This document shows positions 1 through 10,491 of a stretch of DNA of 32,000 bases, piece after piece (position 1 is the stretch's first letter; every line of letters begins with the position of its first letter). The translations under genes and the position numbers were made by a program. The notes under the pieces are model-generated. The model was not told the origin of the DNA and made no database searches. It saw nothing but the letters and a program-made list of their open reading frames with translations. Origin of the DNA: Desulfobulbus propionicus DSM 2032 (GTDB lineage: Bacteria > Desulfobacterota > Desulfobulbia > Desulfobulbales > Desulfobulbaceae); NCBI RefSeq assembly GCF_000186885.1, contig NC_014972.1, forward strand, positions 30,001-62,000, read 5' to 3'.

Positions 1-482
1 TGACCGGCCTGCGCAACAAACGCTATTTTCAGGAAGCCTTTGAGGAGGCCTTTGCCAGGGCCCAGCGTATCGGTATCGACGTCAGCTGCCTGTTTTTCGA
101 CCTGGACCATTTCAAGCAGGTGAATGATACCTGTGGACACGGTTTTGGCGATTATGTCCTGAAAACCGTGGGCGCTTTGATCAAGGAAACGGTGCGCCGC
201 GGTGACTTGGCCGCCCGATTCGGCGGTGAGGAATTCGTCGTTGCCCTGCCCAATACCGATCTGGGCCAGGCCAAATGCGTGGCCGAGAAGATTCGCCGGT
301 TGATCGCCGCCCATCCCTTTCGCGACCAGGGGCTCCAGTGGCGGGTGACGGTGAGTATCGGCGTGGCTTCGCTCCTGAGCGCCCGGCCCTCCTCGGCGTG
401 CGGCCTGCTGCAACTGGCCGATCAGGCGCTTTATCGTGCCAAGAGAGCCGGCCGCGACCGGGTGGAGACGGCTGAAAGCTGA
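1..482 (+). CDS. GGDEF-domain protein (probable diguanylate cyclase), 5' truncated by the window edge
   Basis: Frame 3 is open from the window edge (TGLRNKRYFQEAFEEAF...FFDLDHFKQVNDTCGHGFGD...ARFGGEEFVV), showing the TGLxNRRYF, D-x-D-x-FKxxND and GGEEF motifs. The listed ORF (120..482) is only the 3' part. Confidence 0.93.
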   Translation, partial: TGLRNKRYFQEAFEEAFARAQRIGIDVSCLFFDLDHFKQVNDTCGHGFGDYVLKTVGALIKETVRRGDLAARFGGEEFVVALPNTDLGQAKCVAEKIRRLIAAHPFRDQGLQWRVTVSIGVASLLSARPSSACGLLQLADQALYRAKRAGRDRVETAES

Positions 483-496
483 TCCAACGCCCGCGG

Positions 497-1423
497 TCAC
501 TCCTGCGGGTCGTTGCCGCCCACCGGGTGGTAGTGGACATAGACCCGCCGGAGAAATTCGATGCGCGCCAGCAGGATGTCCTCCACCTGGGTGGCGATCC
601 GGTCGCCCGCCCTGACGCTGAGATTGCCGTCGACTCCGATGGTGAGGTTGACCACCAGGTAGGGGCCGAAGCGATGGGCGTGCACTTCCTCGATATCCTC
701 CACCCCGTTCACCTCGTGCAGGGCGGTGCGGATCTCCTGGGCCAGTTCGCGTCCGGGCAGGGTGTCCATGAGGTCATCGCTGGCCGACCGCAGGATCTCG
801 ACGCCGGTGTGGAGGATGATGAGCGAGACGACCGCACCGGCCAGCGGATCGACCCATGGGAAGCCGAAGCGGCTGAACACGATGCCGATTGCCGCCGCCG
901 ATGAGGCAAAGATGTCGTTGCGGTGGTCCTGGGCCAGGGCCAGGACGGCGACGTTGCCGGTGCGGCGGCTGATGCCGTAGGTCCAGAGAGTGAGGCCGCC
1001 TTTGAGCAGCACGGCGAACAGGGCAATCCACAAGGCGAGGAGGCTGGCTCCGGAGGCGTCCGTGCGCACGGTCAGCAGCTCATAGGCCGTATCCACCGAA
1101 TGCCAGAAGATGGCGATGGCGGTGGTGACGACAAAGGCCCCGACCACCACCGCGGCGATGCTTTCCAGCTGGTCGTGGCCGTAGGGATGTTCCCGGTCCG
1201 CCGGCTTACCGGACAGGCGGACAAAGATGGAGACCACGACGCCGTAGGCCACGTCCGAGGTCGAGTTGATGCCGTCGGCCAGCAGGGCCGGACTCTGGCC
1301 GACCACGCCGACCACGGCCTTGAGCACGGCCAGCAGGATGTTGGCGGCCAGCCCCACCTGGACCGCGAGCATGCTTGTGTGACGTCGCTGTTCCTCTGGA
1401 TTCAAATGCGGATGTTGCTGCAT
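497..1423 (-). CDS. Cation diffusion facilitator (CDF) family transporter
   Basis: 308 aa. Transmembrane segments with [23 protein letters not shown], a DPLAG-type motif and a C-terminal cytoplasmic domain ([30 protein letters not shown]). Confidence 0.9.
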   Translation of the reverse strand: MQQHPHLNPEEQRRHTSMLAVQVGLAANILLAVLKAVVGVVGQSPALLADGINSTSDVAYGVVVSIFVRLSGKPADREHPYGHDQLESIAAVVVGAFVVTTAIAIFWHSVDTAYELLTVRTDASGASLLALWIALFAVLLKGGLTLWTYGISRRTGNVAVLALAQDHRNDIFASSAAAIGIVFSRFGFPWVDPLAGAVVSLIILHTGVEILRSASDDLMDTLPGRELAQEIRTALHEVNGVEDIEEVHAHRFGPYLVVNLTIGVDGNLSVRAGDRIATQVEDILLARIEFLRRVYVHYHPVGGNDPQE

Positions 1424-1635
1424 GCAGCATGCTCCCGTGCCAGCCGTGTTTTTCCCGTCCCGGTCCCAATGTTGACGACCGATGCAATTTGCTGTCTTAT
1501 ACCCAAATCCACAGCGGAAGTAATGAGTTTTTCACCGATGAACCGGGTGGGCTGCCGCGGCATATCCGCGAACACACCGTTGTGCCGGCTGAGAGGTCCA
1601 CGGCAATGGGGCAACACCACATGCGGAGGAATGAG

Positions 1636-3042
1636 ATGGAGTATCGCATCGAACAGGACACCATGGGCACGATCGAGGTTCCGGCCGATCGCCTCTGGGG
1701 CGCGCAGACCGAGCGCAGCCGCCGCAACTTCAACATCGGCGACGAGCGGATGCCGCTGGCGCTGGTGGACAGCCTGGTTCGCCTGAAACGGGCCTGCGCG
1801 GAGGTCAACCATCAGAAAGGCAAACTGCCGGCCGCGATCCGTGATCTGATTGTTCGCGCCTGCGACGAGATTCTCTCCGGGCAGCATGACCATGAATTTC
1901 CCCTTGCCGTCTGGCAGACCGGCAGCGGCACCCAGAGCAACATGAACGTCAACGAAGTGATCGCCAACCGGGCCGCCATCCTCGCCACCGGCAGCCTGGA
2001 ACCGCCGCGGCCGGTGCATCCCAACGATCATGTCAACATGTCGCAGAGCTCCAACGACGTCTTTCCCTCGGCCATGCACGTGGCCGGGGTCTATGCCCTG
2101 GAGGATCGGTTGCTGCCGGCGGTGGAAACCCTGCGCCGCACTCTGGCCGCCAAGGCCGACGCCTTTGCCGGCATCGTCAAGATCGGCCGGACCCATCTTC
2201 AGGACGCCACCCCCCTGACCCTCGGCCAGGAGATCGGCGGCTGGGCGGCCCTGCTAGCCAGCAACCAGCGCCAGCTGCGCGAAAGCCTCGAACATCTGCG
2301 CTTTCTGGCCATCGGCGGCACGGCGGTGGGCACCGGCCTCAATGCCCCGGAAGGATTCGGGACGGCGGTCGCGGCCCAGCTCAGCGGCGATACCGGCAAG
2401 GTCTTTTACGCGCTCGACAACACCTTTCACGGCCTGACCAGCCACGACCAGCTGGTTTTTGCCCACGGCGCGGTCAAGGCCCTGGCCGCCAACCTGATGA
2501 AGATCGCCAACGATGTCCGCTGGCTGGCCAGTGGCCCGCGCTGCGGCCTGGGCGAGATCACCATCCCGGCCAACGAACCGGGCAGCTCGATCATGCCGGG
2601 CAAGGTCAACCCCACCCAGGCCGAGGCGGCGACCATGGCCGTCTGCCAGGTGTTCGGCAACGACGCGGCCATCGGCTTTGCCGCTAGTCAAGGCAATTTC
2701 GAGCTCAATGTGTTCAAACCGCTGATCGTCTACAATTTCCTCCAGTCGACCACCCTGCTGGCCGACGTGATTGACTCCTTTGACCGCCACTGCGCCAGCG
2801 GCATCGAACCGGTGGCCGAGCGGATCGACCACCATCTGCGCCATTCGCTGATGCTGGTCACCGCCCTCAACCCGCACCTCGGTTACGAGAAGGCGGCGGT
2901 CATCGCCAAGAAGGCCCACGCCGAGCACCTCTCCTTGCGCGAGGCGGCCATCCAACTCGGCCTGCTCAGCGGCGAGGAGTTTGATCGGCTGGTGCGGCCG
3001 GAAGCGATGATCGGCCCTGTTGGCCGCAAGGGGCGATGTTGA
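1636..3042 (+). CDS. fumC: Fumarate hydratase class II
   Basis: [32 protein letters not shown]..., class II signature [16 protein letters not shown], and [15 protein letters not shown]. The ATG at 1636 follows a GGAGG; the listed ORF start at 1375 is upstream readthrough. Confidence 0.96.
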   Translation: MEYRIEQDTMGTIEVPADRLWGAQTERSRRNFNIGDERMPLALVDSLVRLKRACAEVNHQKGKLPAAIRDLIVRACDEILSGQHDHEFPLAVWQTGSGTQSNMNVNEVIANRAAILATGSLEPPRPVHPNDHVNMSQSSNDVFPSAMHVAGVYALEDRLLPAVETLRRTLAAKADAFAGIVKIGRTHLQDATPLTLGQEIGGWAALLASNQRQLRESLEHLRFLAIGGTAVGTGLNAPEGFGTAVAAQLSGDTGKVFYALDNTFHGLTSHDQLVFAHGAVKALAANLMKIANDVRWLASGPRCGLGEITIPANEPGSSIMPGKVNPTQAEAATMAVCQVFGNDAAIGFAASQGNFELNVFKPLIVYNFLQSTTLLADVIDSFDRHCASGIEPVAERIDHHLRHSLMLVTALNPHLGYEKAAVIAKKAHAEHLSLREAAIQLGLLSGEEFDRLVRPEAMIGPVGRKGRC

Positions 3043-3180
3043 TATTTTTGCAATAAATAAAAAAAGTTACCGCGAGAGAAAGAACAGCTTGAAGTAGGAA
3101 AGACCAGCTCGTATACTCATGGCAACGCTCGGAAGAGGACGACCGGCCGCCACACCGGCTACCATGAGGCGCGCAGAGCC

Positions 3181-5043
3181 ATGACCCCAAGCACCATCAC
3201 CAGCCCCATCATTCGCCTGCTGCGGGAGGCGGGCAAGGTCACCCCGGCCCAGGTGGAGCATGCGGCCAGGGTACAGGCCAAGCTGACCACTTTTCAGCCG
3301 CTGCTGAAGATCCTCAAGGATCTGAAGTCCATCACCGACCAGGACGTCAAGGAAATTCTCCGAGCCTCCTCCTCGCCCATCCGCATCGGCGACCTGCTGG
3401 TGGAACTGGGCCATATTTCGCCCGACGATCTCGACTCCGCCATCCGTTTGCAGCGGGAAAGCGACTCCCAGGAAAAGCTCGGCCAGGTGCTGGTCCGGCA
3501 CAACTTCATCGAGGAGCAGACCTTCATCGAGGTCCTTTCCATCCAGATGGGCTACCCCTTCATCGAGCCCGGACTCAACAACATCGACAAAGCCCGCTGC
3601 GTCAAGATCCCCAAGGCCCTGATGACTACCCATGGCTTTGTGCCCATCAAAAGCGACGACGGTTCGATTCGGGTGGCCTTTGCCGATCCCCTGGACCAGG
3701 AGGCGCTGCAGGTGGCCCGCCGTTTCCTTGGCACCGGCATCGTGCCCAGCATCGCTCAGGGCCGATCCATCCGCAAGACGGTCGAGCTGCTGGCGGAAAA
3801 GCAAAGCAGCCGGACCCTGGCGGTGGACAACACCACCGTGGTCGGCACGGTCAACTCGATCATCCTCGGGGCGATCAAGAACAACGCCAGCGACATCCAC
3901 ATCGAGCCCATGGAAGACCGGTTGCAGGTTCGATTCCGCGAAGACGGCGTGCTCAACCACTTCAAGGATTTTCCCAAGGAGATCATCCCGGCGCTCACCA
4001 GCCGGCTGAAGATCCTCTGCCAGGCGGACATCACCGAGAAGCGGCGCCATCAGGGCGGACGCATCCTGTTCGAGTACGACGAGGGGCAGCTGGACCTGCG
4101 GCTGTCTTTCTTCATCACCATCCACGGCGAGAAGATCGTCCTGCGGCTGCTCAACCGCAAGCAGGAGCTGTTCGACCTGCAGTCCATCGGCATGACCCCG
4201 CGCATGCTGTCCCGCTTTCTCGAGGATGCGGTCTACCACCCCAGCGGCGTGGTCCTGGTCACCGGGCCGACCGGGTCGGGCAAGACCTCGACCATCTACA
4301 GTTGCATTCATGCCCTCAAGAGCCCCCAGGTGAGCATCATCACCGCCGAGGAGCCGGTGGAGTACGTGATCGAGGGGGTGGCCCAATGCTCGATCGATCC
4401 CAAGATCGACCTCACCTTTGAGGAAACCTTGCGCCACATCGTCCGCCAGGACCCGGATGTGATCGTCATCGGCGAGATCCGCGATGCCTATTCCGCCGAA
4501 GTGGCGGTCCAGGCGGCGCTCACCGGCCACAAGGTGCTGTCCACCTTTCACACCGAGGACTCCATCGGCGGCTTGATCCGTCTGCTCAACATGGACATCG
4601 CCCCCTTCCTCGTGTCGTCCACCGTGGTCAGCGTGCTGGCGCAGCGGCTGCTGCGGCGGGTGTGCCCGCACTGTGCGGTGGACGCCAAGCCGACACCGGT
4701 GCAGTTGCAGCGGCTGCGTTGCACGGTCAACGATCTGGCCGGGGCCAGCTTCAAAAAAGGGAGGGGATGCAGGATGTGCAAGCAGAGCGGTTACAAGGGG
4801 AGGATCGGGGTGTTCGAGCTGCTGGTGCTCGACGAGCGGGTTCGCACCGCCATCCTGGAGCAGAAAACCAGTTACGACATCCGGACCATCAGCATCCACC
4901 ATTCCGGGTTGATGACCCTGCTTGAGGACGGTTTGGTCAAGGCGGCCATGGGCAGCACGACGGTCGATGAAATCCTGCGCTGCCTGCCCATCTTCAGTCC
5001 GCCGCGCCCGCTGGCCGAACTTCGCCGTCTGGCAGGGATCTGA
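3181..5043 (+). CDS. pilB: Type IV pilus assembly / type II secretion ATPase (PilB/GspE family) with N-terminal MshEN-like domain
   Basis: 620 aa. [25 protein letters not shown] repeat, Walker A GPTGSGKTST, VEYVIEGVAQ, and the tetracysteine motif CPHC...CRMC-KQSGYKGRIGVFE. Confidence 0.92.
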   Translation: MTPSTITSPIIRLLREAGKVTPAQVEHAARVQAKLTTFQPLLKILKDLKSITDQDVKEILRASSSPIRIGDLLVELGHISPDDLDSAIRLQRESDSQEKLGQVLVRHNFIEEQTFIEVLSIQMGYPFIEPGLNNIDKARCVKIPKALMTTHGFVPIKSDDGSIRVAFADPLDQEALQVARRFLGTGIVPSIAQGRSIRKTVELLAEKQSSRTLAVDNTTVVGTVNSIILGAIKNNASDIHIEPMEDRLQVRFREDGVLNHFKDFPKEIIPALTSRLKILCQADITEKRRHQGGRILFEYDEGQLDLRLSFFITIHGEKIVLRLLNRKQELFDLQSIGMTPRMLSRFLEDAVYHPSGVVLVTGPTGSGKTSTIYSCIHALKSPQVSIITAEEPVEYVIEGVAQCSIDPKIDLTFEETLRHIVRQDPDVIVIGEIRDAYSAEVAVQAALTGHKVLSTFHTEDSIGGLIRLLNMDIAPFLVSSTVVSVLAQRLLRRVCPHCAVDAKPTPVQLQRLRCTVNDLAGASFKKGRGCRMCKQSGYKGRIGVFELLVLDERVRTAILEQKTSYDIRTISIHHSGLMTLLEDGLVKAAMGSTTVDEILRCLPIFSPPRPLAELRRLAGI

Positions 5044-5044
5044 C

Positions 5045-5884
5045 ATGGCTGCTTCCGTTTCCCTGGTCGAGGTCGTCAACCGGTTCATCGAATCCGACGC
5101 GGTCATCCTGCCGGTGTTCAATACCGCCGCTGCCCGCATTCAGCAGGAGATGGCAAAGTCGGAACCGAACATCCAGGTGATCGAGAAAATCATCACCGCC
5201 GATCAGGCCCTGTCCACCCAGGTGCTGAAGATCGCCAACTCGTCTTTTTATCGCGGTTTGGCCGAGATCGGTACGGTGCGGGCGGCGATCATGCGATTGG
5301 GAATCAAGGAGATTGAAAAGGTGGTGGTGCTGGCCGCCTCACGGCAGCATTTCAAGAGTGCCGATGACACGATCAATCTGCTGATGAAAAAACTGTGGCA
5401 GCATGCGGTGGGGTGTGCCTATGGCACGGTGTGGCTGGCCCGGCGCCACAGTTACGGGGTTGACCAGAGCCAGGCCTTTTTCGCCGGTTTGTTTCACGAT
5501 GTGGGCAAACTGCTCATTTTGGTGATCATCGAGCAGATCAAGCGCCGCAACAAGGCCCTGAAGATCACCGACGCCCTGCTGCTGGAGGCCATGGACCGGC
5601 TCCATGCCCGGGAAGGGGCCAAACTGCTCGGCCAATGGAACATGCCCGGCTATTTCTGTATGATCGCCCGCGATCATCATCAGCCGGAGGCGGACGACAA
5701 GAATATCCTGCTGTTGCTGGTACGCATGGCCAACCTGGTCTGCCACAAGCTGGGCATCGGCTTGACCGCCGACCCGAACCTCATGCTCCCCGCCACCCTG
5801 GAGGCCAGTCTGCTCAATCTTTCCGAGATCGATCTGGCCGAACTGGAGATCGTTCTCGAGGACACCGCCGTCTTGTCCAGCTAG
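5045..5884 (+). CDS. HDOD-domain signalling protein
   Basis: 279 aa from the ATG at 5045, one base after the pilB stop. LPVFNTAAARIQQ...ADQALSTQVLKIANSSFYRG...IRAAIMRLGIKEIEKVV...FFAGLFHDVGKLLI is typical of HDOD. Confidence 0.9.
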   Translation: MAASVSLVEVVNRFIESDAVILPVFNTAAARIQQEMAKSEPNIQVIEKIITADQALSTQVLKIANSSFYRGLAEIGTVRAAIMRLGIKEIEKVVVLAASRQHFKSADDTINLLMKKLWQHAVGCAYGTVWLARRHSYGVDQSQAFFAGLFHDVGKLLILVIIEQIKRRNKALKITDALLLEAMDRLHAREGAKLLGQWNMPGYFCMIARDHHQPEADDKNILLLLVRMANLVCHKLGIGLTADPNLMLPATLEASLLNLSEIDLAELEIVLEDTAVLSS

Positions 5885-6318
5885 AGTTCGACCCCCGCCT
5901 GCCGCAGCCGTTCCCTGTTGATCGGCTGTTTTTTCCCGTCCTCGCCGATGGCCACGTAGGTGATGGCCGCCTCGGTCACCTTGAATGTGGTGAATTGGTC
6001 CTTGCCCGCATGCAGGATCGGTCGCACCCAGACCTCAAGCATGATGGTCACCGAGGTGGTGCCCACCCGCAACACCCGGCCATAGCAGCAGACCACGTCA
6101 CCCACCCGCACCGGCTTGATGAATTTCATGCTCTCCACGGCCACGGTGGCGGTCCGGGTCCGGGTCACCTCCTTGGCCATCATGCTGCCGGCCAGATCCA
6201 TCTGCGCCATGATCCAGCCGCCGAAGATATCGCCGTTGAAGCTGGTGTCGGCCGGCATGGGCATGGTCCGCAGCAACAGTTCGCCCTGCGGTCCCTGCTG
6301 TTCCGTTGGCGGATTCAT
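5881..6318 (-). CDS. Acyl-CoA thioesterase, hotdog fold (YciA/BFIT-like)
   Basis: 145 aa: MPADTSFNGDIFGGWIMAQMDLAGSMMAKEV...VESMKFIKPVRVGDVVCCYG. The 3' end overlaps the HDOD gene end by 4 nt, tail to tail. Confidence 0.88.
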   Translation of the reverse strand: MNPPTEQQGPQGELLLRTMPMPADTSFNGDIFGGWIMAQMDLAGSMMAKEVTRTRTATVAVESMKFIKPVRVGDVVCCYGRVLRVGTTSVTIMLEVWVRPILHAGKDQFTTFKVTEAAITYVAIGEDGKKQPINRERLRQAGVEL

Positions 6319-6457
6319 GAAAAAGGTCTCACTCCTTTGGCATGCGGATGGACGGATTGCGCATCACAGGCCAGTCGCAGGTCGAATCGGACAAGCGCCG
6401 ACCGTTCTGAATACTGCCGTCCGCCCCTGTGGGAAGGCGCGGGTGGCACGGCGACAC

Positions 6458-8290
6458 TCATTGATCGAGCAGGCGAACCGCGCCCTGGTCGGCGGAGGCG
6501 GCAAAGCGGGCATAGACCTGCAGGGCCTTGGAGATGGTCCGTTCCCGTTTTGGGGTGAAGGCCTGGGCGCCCCGGGCCGCTTCCTCGAGGCGGCGGGAGG
6601 TCAGTTCCTCTTCGCTGACCAGCAGGGAGATGGTTCGTTCCGGGATGTTGATGTCGATGCGGTCCCCCTCGCGGACCAGGGCGATGGCACCGCCGCTGGC
6701 CGCCTCGGGCGAGACGTGGCCGATGGACAGCCCGGAGGTGCCGCCGGAGAAGCGGCCGTCGGTGACCAGGGCGCAGGCCGCCCCAAGATGGCGCGATTTC
6801 AAGTACGAGGTGGGGTAGAGCATCTCCTGCATCCCCGGGCCGCCCTTGGGACCTTCGTAAAGAATGAAGACCACGTCTCCGGCCTCGACCGTGCCGTCGA
6901 GAATGGCCTCGCAGGCCTCTTCCTGGGAGTGGTAGACCTTGGCCTTGCCGGTGAAGTGGAGGATGGAAGCGTCGACTCCGGCGGTCTTGACGATGCAGCC
7001 CTTCTCGGCGATGTTGCCGTAGAGCACGGCCAAGCCGCCGTCCTTGGAATAGGCGTGCGCCATGTCACGGATGCAGCCACCCTTTCGGTCGGTGTCGAGT
7101 TCCGGATAGAGGGTGTTCTGCGAGCCCATCACCAGGTTGCGCACCCCGGCGGGCGCACTGCGGTAGAGATTTTTCGCCGCCTCGCCGCCCTCCGGCCGCA
7201 TGATGTCGTACTGCTCCAGGGCCTGTGCCAGAGTCAGGCCATCGGCTCGCTGGACGCTGGTGTCGAGCAGGCCGCCGCGATCCAGCTCGGCCAGGATGCC
7301 GAGGATGCCGCCGGCCCGGTTGACGTCCTCCACGTGGTAGGAGGAGCTCGGCGCCACCTTGCACAGGTTCGGCACCCGGCGCGACAGTGCATCGATGTCG
7401 GCCATGGTGAAGTTCACCCCGGCTTCATGGGCGATGGCCAGGATGTGGAGCACGGTGTTGGTCGAGCCGCCCATGGCGATGTCCAGCGCCATGGCGTTCT
7501 TGAAGGCGGCCAGGCTGGCGATGGAGCGGGGCAGCACCGAGCCGTCGCCCCTCCCGTACCAGGCCTCGCACATGGTGACGATCCGTTCGGCGGCCCGGTC
7601 GAACAGTTCCAGGCGGGCGGCATGGGTGGCGACCACGGTACCGTTGCCCGGCAGGGCCAGGCCGAGGGCCTCGTTGAGGCAGTTCATCGAGTTGGCGGTG
7701 AACATGCCCGAGCAGGAACCGCAGGTTGGACAGGCGGAGCGTTCCACTTCGGCCACCTCGTTGTCGCTGACGCCCTCGTCCGCGGCCATGATCATGGCGT
7801 CGATCAGGTCGAGCGCCTTGTTGCCGGCCCGGCCGGCCTCCATCGGCCCGCCGGAGACGAAAATGGCCGGGATGTTGAGCCGCATCGCCGCCATCAGCAT
7901 GCCGGGGGTGATCTTGTCGCAGTTGGAGATGCAGACCATGGCGTCGGCTTTGTGGGCGTTGCACATGTATTCCACCGAATCGGCGATCAGGTCGCGGGAG
8001 GGCAGGGAGTAGAGCATGCCGTCATGGCCCATGGCGATGCCGTCGTCAATGGCGATGGTGTTGAACTCGGCGGCAAAGCAGCCCAGGCTCTCGATTTTCT
8101 GTTTCACTCGTTGACCGATCGCGTGCAGATGGACGTGGCCGGGCACGAACTGGGTAAACGAGTTGACCACCGCGATCACCGGCCGGCCGATCTGTTCCTC
8201 CCGCATGCCGTTGGCCCGCCACAGGGCCCGGGCGCCCGCCATTCGTCTGCCTTCCGTTGTTGCCGCGCTCCGCAGTGGATTTGCCATCAT
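6458..8290 (-). CDS. ilvD: Dihydroxy-acid dehydratase
   Basis: [28 protein letters not shown]...[32 protein letters not shown]...[18 protein letters not shown]...[22 protein letters not shown]. The listed start at 8296 is a GTG; the ATGs at 8290 or 8287 are more likely. Confidence 0.95.
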   Translation of the reverse strand: MMANPLRSAATTEGRRMAGARALWRANGMREEQIGRPVIAVVNSFTQFVPGHVHLHAIGQRVKQKIESLGCFAAEFNTIAIDDGIAMGHDGMLYSLPSRDLIADSVEYMCNAHKADAMVCISNCDKITPGMLMAAMRLNIPAIFVSGGPMEAGRAGNKALDLIDAMIMAADEGVSDNEVAEVERSACPTCGSCSGMFTANSMNCLNEALGLALPGNGTVVATHAARLELFDRAAERIVTMCEAWYGRGDGSVLPRSIASLAAFKNAMALDIAMGGSTNTVLHILAIAHEAGVNFTMADIDALSRRVPNLCKVAPSSSYHVEDVNRAGGILGILAELDRGGLLDTSVQRADGLTLAQALEQYDIMRPEGGEAAKNLYRSAPAGVRNLVMGSQNTLYPELDTDRKGGCIRDMAHAYSKDGGLAVLYGNIAEKGCIVKTAGVDASILHFTGKAKVYHSQEEACEAILDGTVEAGDVVFILYEGPKGGPGMQEMLYPTSYLKSRHLGAACALVTDGRFSGGTSGLSIGHVSPEAASGGAIALVREGDRIDINIPERTISLLVSEEELTSRRLEEAARGAQAFTPKRERTISKALQVYARFAASADQGAVRLLDQ

Positions 8291-8365
8291 CCTCACCTCA
8301 ACTCACTGAAATAATTTTTTTCTTGTCTTTTGCCGCCTAAGCGATAGAACCCATAGTACACACTT

Positions 8366-8371
8366 TGTCAA
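8366..8371 (-). promoter_or_regulatory. Possible -35 element (TTGACA) reading toward ilvD
   Basis: Exact TTGACA on the minus strand. About 17 nt downstream the -10 candidate (TCTATC) is poor, so support is weak. Confidence 0.25.
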
Positions 8372-8390
8372 TTCTATACTGGTGAGGCCT

Positions 8391-9563
8391 ATGAAACAAC
8401 AGGAGATTAACTACTGGATCACCGCCATGCTGAACAAACACGAGCGGGTTTCCGACCTCAACCTGACCGTGGGCAAAACGCTGCAGGTGGAAAGCGATGG
8501 CGTGCTGGTGCCGGTCGATGTCGAACCGCCGGTGACCGAACTGACCCCCTTTCAGACCGAGGTCTTTGCCCTCAACCTGATCGGCGGCAACCGCCGCCTG
8601 CTGCGCGACTTGGTCACCAAGGGCTCCTGCGACCTATCGTATAGCCTGAACGACAAGGTTCGTTTCCGGGTCAACATTTTCTCTCAGAAGGGGTATTACA
8701 CCTCGGTGCTGCGAAAACTGGAAACCACCATTCCCTCAATCCAGAAGTTTCATTTCCCCGATGCCTTCGTCAAGATGGCTCGCGAGGTCAACGGCTTGAT
8801 CCTGTTCACCGGCGCCACCGGTTCGGGCAAGACCACCTCCATGGCCGCCATCCTCAACCTGATCAACGAAGAACGGCCGGTGCACATTGTCACCCTTGAG
8901 GACCCGATCGAGTACGTCCATCCCCACAAGAAGGCCACCTTCAACCAGCGGGAAATGGGCGACGATTTCGATACCTTTGCGGGTGGCCTGCGCGCCGCCC
9001 TGCGCCAGGCGCCCAAGGTCATCCTCGTTGGCGAGATCCGCGACCGGGAGACCCTGGAGATCGCCTTGTCCGCCTCCGAAACCGGCCACCTGGTCTTTTC
9101 CAGCCTGCATACCATCGATGCCGGGCAAACCATCAACCGCGTGCTGGGCATGTTCGAGCAGGACGAGCAGCCGCAGATCCGCAACCGGCTGGCCGATACC
9201 ATCCGCTGGGTGGTCAGCCAGCGGCTGCTGCCACGGGTCGGCGGTGGCCGGGTGGCTGCCCTGGAGATCCTCTGTACCAGCCTGCGGGTCCGGGATCTGA
9301 TCATCAACGGCGAGACCGAGGAAAAGACCTTCTATAACGTCATCAAGGCCGGCTCCTCCCGCGACATGCGCACCTTTGACCAGCACCTGCTGGAACTGTT
9401 TGAAGCCGGCTTGATCACCGAAGAGTCGGCCACGCTCTATGCCTCTCACCGCAGTGAGATCAAACGGGGCATGGACACGATCAAGGCGGCCCGCGGCGAA
9501 CGAACATCGTCCATCGACGATCTGCGCATGGAGCAGCACGAGGACGATCCCTACCGGCGATGA
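8391..9563 (+). CDS. Type IV pilus retraction-type ATPase (PilT/PilU family)
   Basis: MKQQEINYWITAMLNKHERVSDLNLTVGKTLQV...FTGATGSGKTTSMAAILNLINEER...ITLEDPIEYVH...AL R QAPKVILVGEIRDRETLEIALSASETGHLVFSSLHT. The listed start at 8382 is a GTG; the ATG at 8391 is preferred. Confidence 0.9.
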   Translation: MKQQEINYWITAMLNKHERVSDLNLTVGKTLQVESDGVLVPVDVEPPVTELTPFQTEVFALNLIGGNRRLLRDLVTKGSCDLSYSLNDKVRFRVNIFSQKGYYTSVLRKLETTIPSIQKFHFPDAFVKMAREVNGLILFTGATGSGKTTSMAAILNLINEERPVHIVTLEDPIEYVHPHKKATFNQREMGDDFDTFAGGLRAALRQAPKVILVGEIRDRETLEIALSASETGHLVFSSLHTIDAGQTINRVLGMFEQDEQPQIRNRLADTIRWVVSQRLLPRVGGGRVAALEILCTSLRVRDLIINGETEEKTFYNVIKAGSSRDMRTFDQHLLELFEAGLITEESATLYASHRSEIKRGMDTIKAARGERTSSIDDLRMEQHEDDPYRR

Positions 9564-9645
9564 ACGCAGGACGAAGCGTCTGCCGCCTCTCTGCAAGGCC
9601 CGCTGATCGATGTTTGCCGTCCCCCTCAAACCGACAGGAGTCATC

Positions 9646-10329
9646 ATGCTGACCCAATGCCCCAATTGCCAACAGTCGCTTCATTTCACCGACGAGCAGA
9701 TCAGCCGCCTCGAACAGGCGTTGTCGCAGCTTGTTTCAGGGAAATTGCTGACCATGAAGTGTCCCCTGTGCCGCGAGGCCATCGCCCTGGACAAGTCGGG
9801 GATGCCGCCGCAAGCTCCCGGCAAGAGGGTGCAGCCGCCTCAGCCGCCGAACCTCGACTGGTTGCAGACCGGCCTGTTCCAGGGTGAGGAAAAGGTCGAG
9901 GATGTTCCCATGGCTCTGGTCTTGCACCCGCCCGGCGAGCAGCGCACGCGCATCGGTGAGGCGCTGGAGGCCGTGGGGTACCAGGTCTTCCCGGCGGATA
10001 CGGTGACCGATGCCCTGGAGCGGATGCGGTTTGCCAATTTTTCCTGTGTTGTCTTTGATCCCAAGATGGAGGGCGGGCTGCACCAGGCCTCCTTTCACAC
10101 CTTCATGCGCCACCTGTCCATGGACCGCAGGCGCTATATCTTCTACATCCTCATTGGAGCGACCCTTCATACCCTCTACAACCTGGAAGCCCTGGCCTAC
10201 AGCGCCAACCTGACCGTCAATACCGCTGATCTGCCCCATCTCGATATCATCCTGCGCAAGGCCATCCCCGCCTACGAAGAGCTGTTCGGCCCCTTCCTGG
10301 AAGAGCTCAACGCCTACGGCAAGCGCTGA
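9646..10329 (+). CDS. Zinc-ribbon protein with C-terminal response-regulator-receiver-like region; function unknown
   Basis: ATG at 9646 after AGGAG. N-terminus MLTQCPNCQQSLHFTDEQ...MKCPLCREAI has paired CxxC motifs. C-terminus MALVLHPPGEQRTRIGEALEAVGYQVFPADTVTDALERMRFANFSCVVFDP resembles the first half of a receiver fold. Confidence 0.7.
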   Translation: MLTQCPNCQQSLHFTDEQISRLEQALSQLVSGKLLTMKCPLCREAIALDKSGMPPQAPGKRVQPPQPPNLDWLQTGLFQGEEKVEDVPMALVLHPPGEQRTRIGEALEAVGYQVFPADTVTDALERMRFANFSCVVFDPKMEGGLHQASFHTFMRHLSMDRRRYIFYILIGATLHTLYNLEALAYSANLTVNTADLPHLDIILRKAIPAYEELFGPFLEELNAYGKR

Positions 10330-10467
10330 GCACGGGGCCGGCCGGTTTTTCCCCCATTCGCGCGGTCGGCAAACCGGCTGGAGTAGGCAAAGAAATACCT
10401 TTTTTCAAGAGGAAACAGTTGTTTTTCAAAAAAAACTCTGGTAAATAGACTAGCCTTAGTCCATAGA

Positions 10468-10491
10468 GCGGAAAAATCTCCCCTTTTCCGC
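10468..10491 (+). promoter_or_regulatory. Hairpin in the rpsA 5' leader
   Basis: GCGGAAAA (10468-10475) / TTTTCCGC (10484-10491), perfect 8-bp stem with 8-nt loop, about 50 nt upstream of the rpsA ATG. Confidence 0.45.

Noticed and set aside
1375-1635. N-terminal extension of the fumC ORF as listed
   Set aside because: The sequence [14 protein letters not shown]... has no similarity to fumarase; the ATG at 1636 has an upstream GGAGG and begins the expected N-terminus.
3067-5139. 690-aa minus-strand ORF opposite pilB
   Set aside because: Its codon boundaries align with those of pilB. It stays open because the sense gene rarely uses TTA, CTA or TCA, which read as stops on the opposite strand. 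The protein is rich in G/H/A/D with no recognisable domain.
6116-8314. 732-aa plus-strand ORF opposite ilvD
   Set aside because: Shadow ORF in the same antisense phase over a clear ilvD; low-complexity and domain-free.
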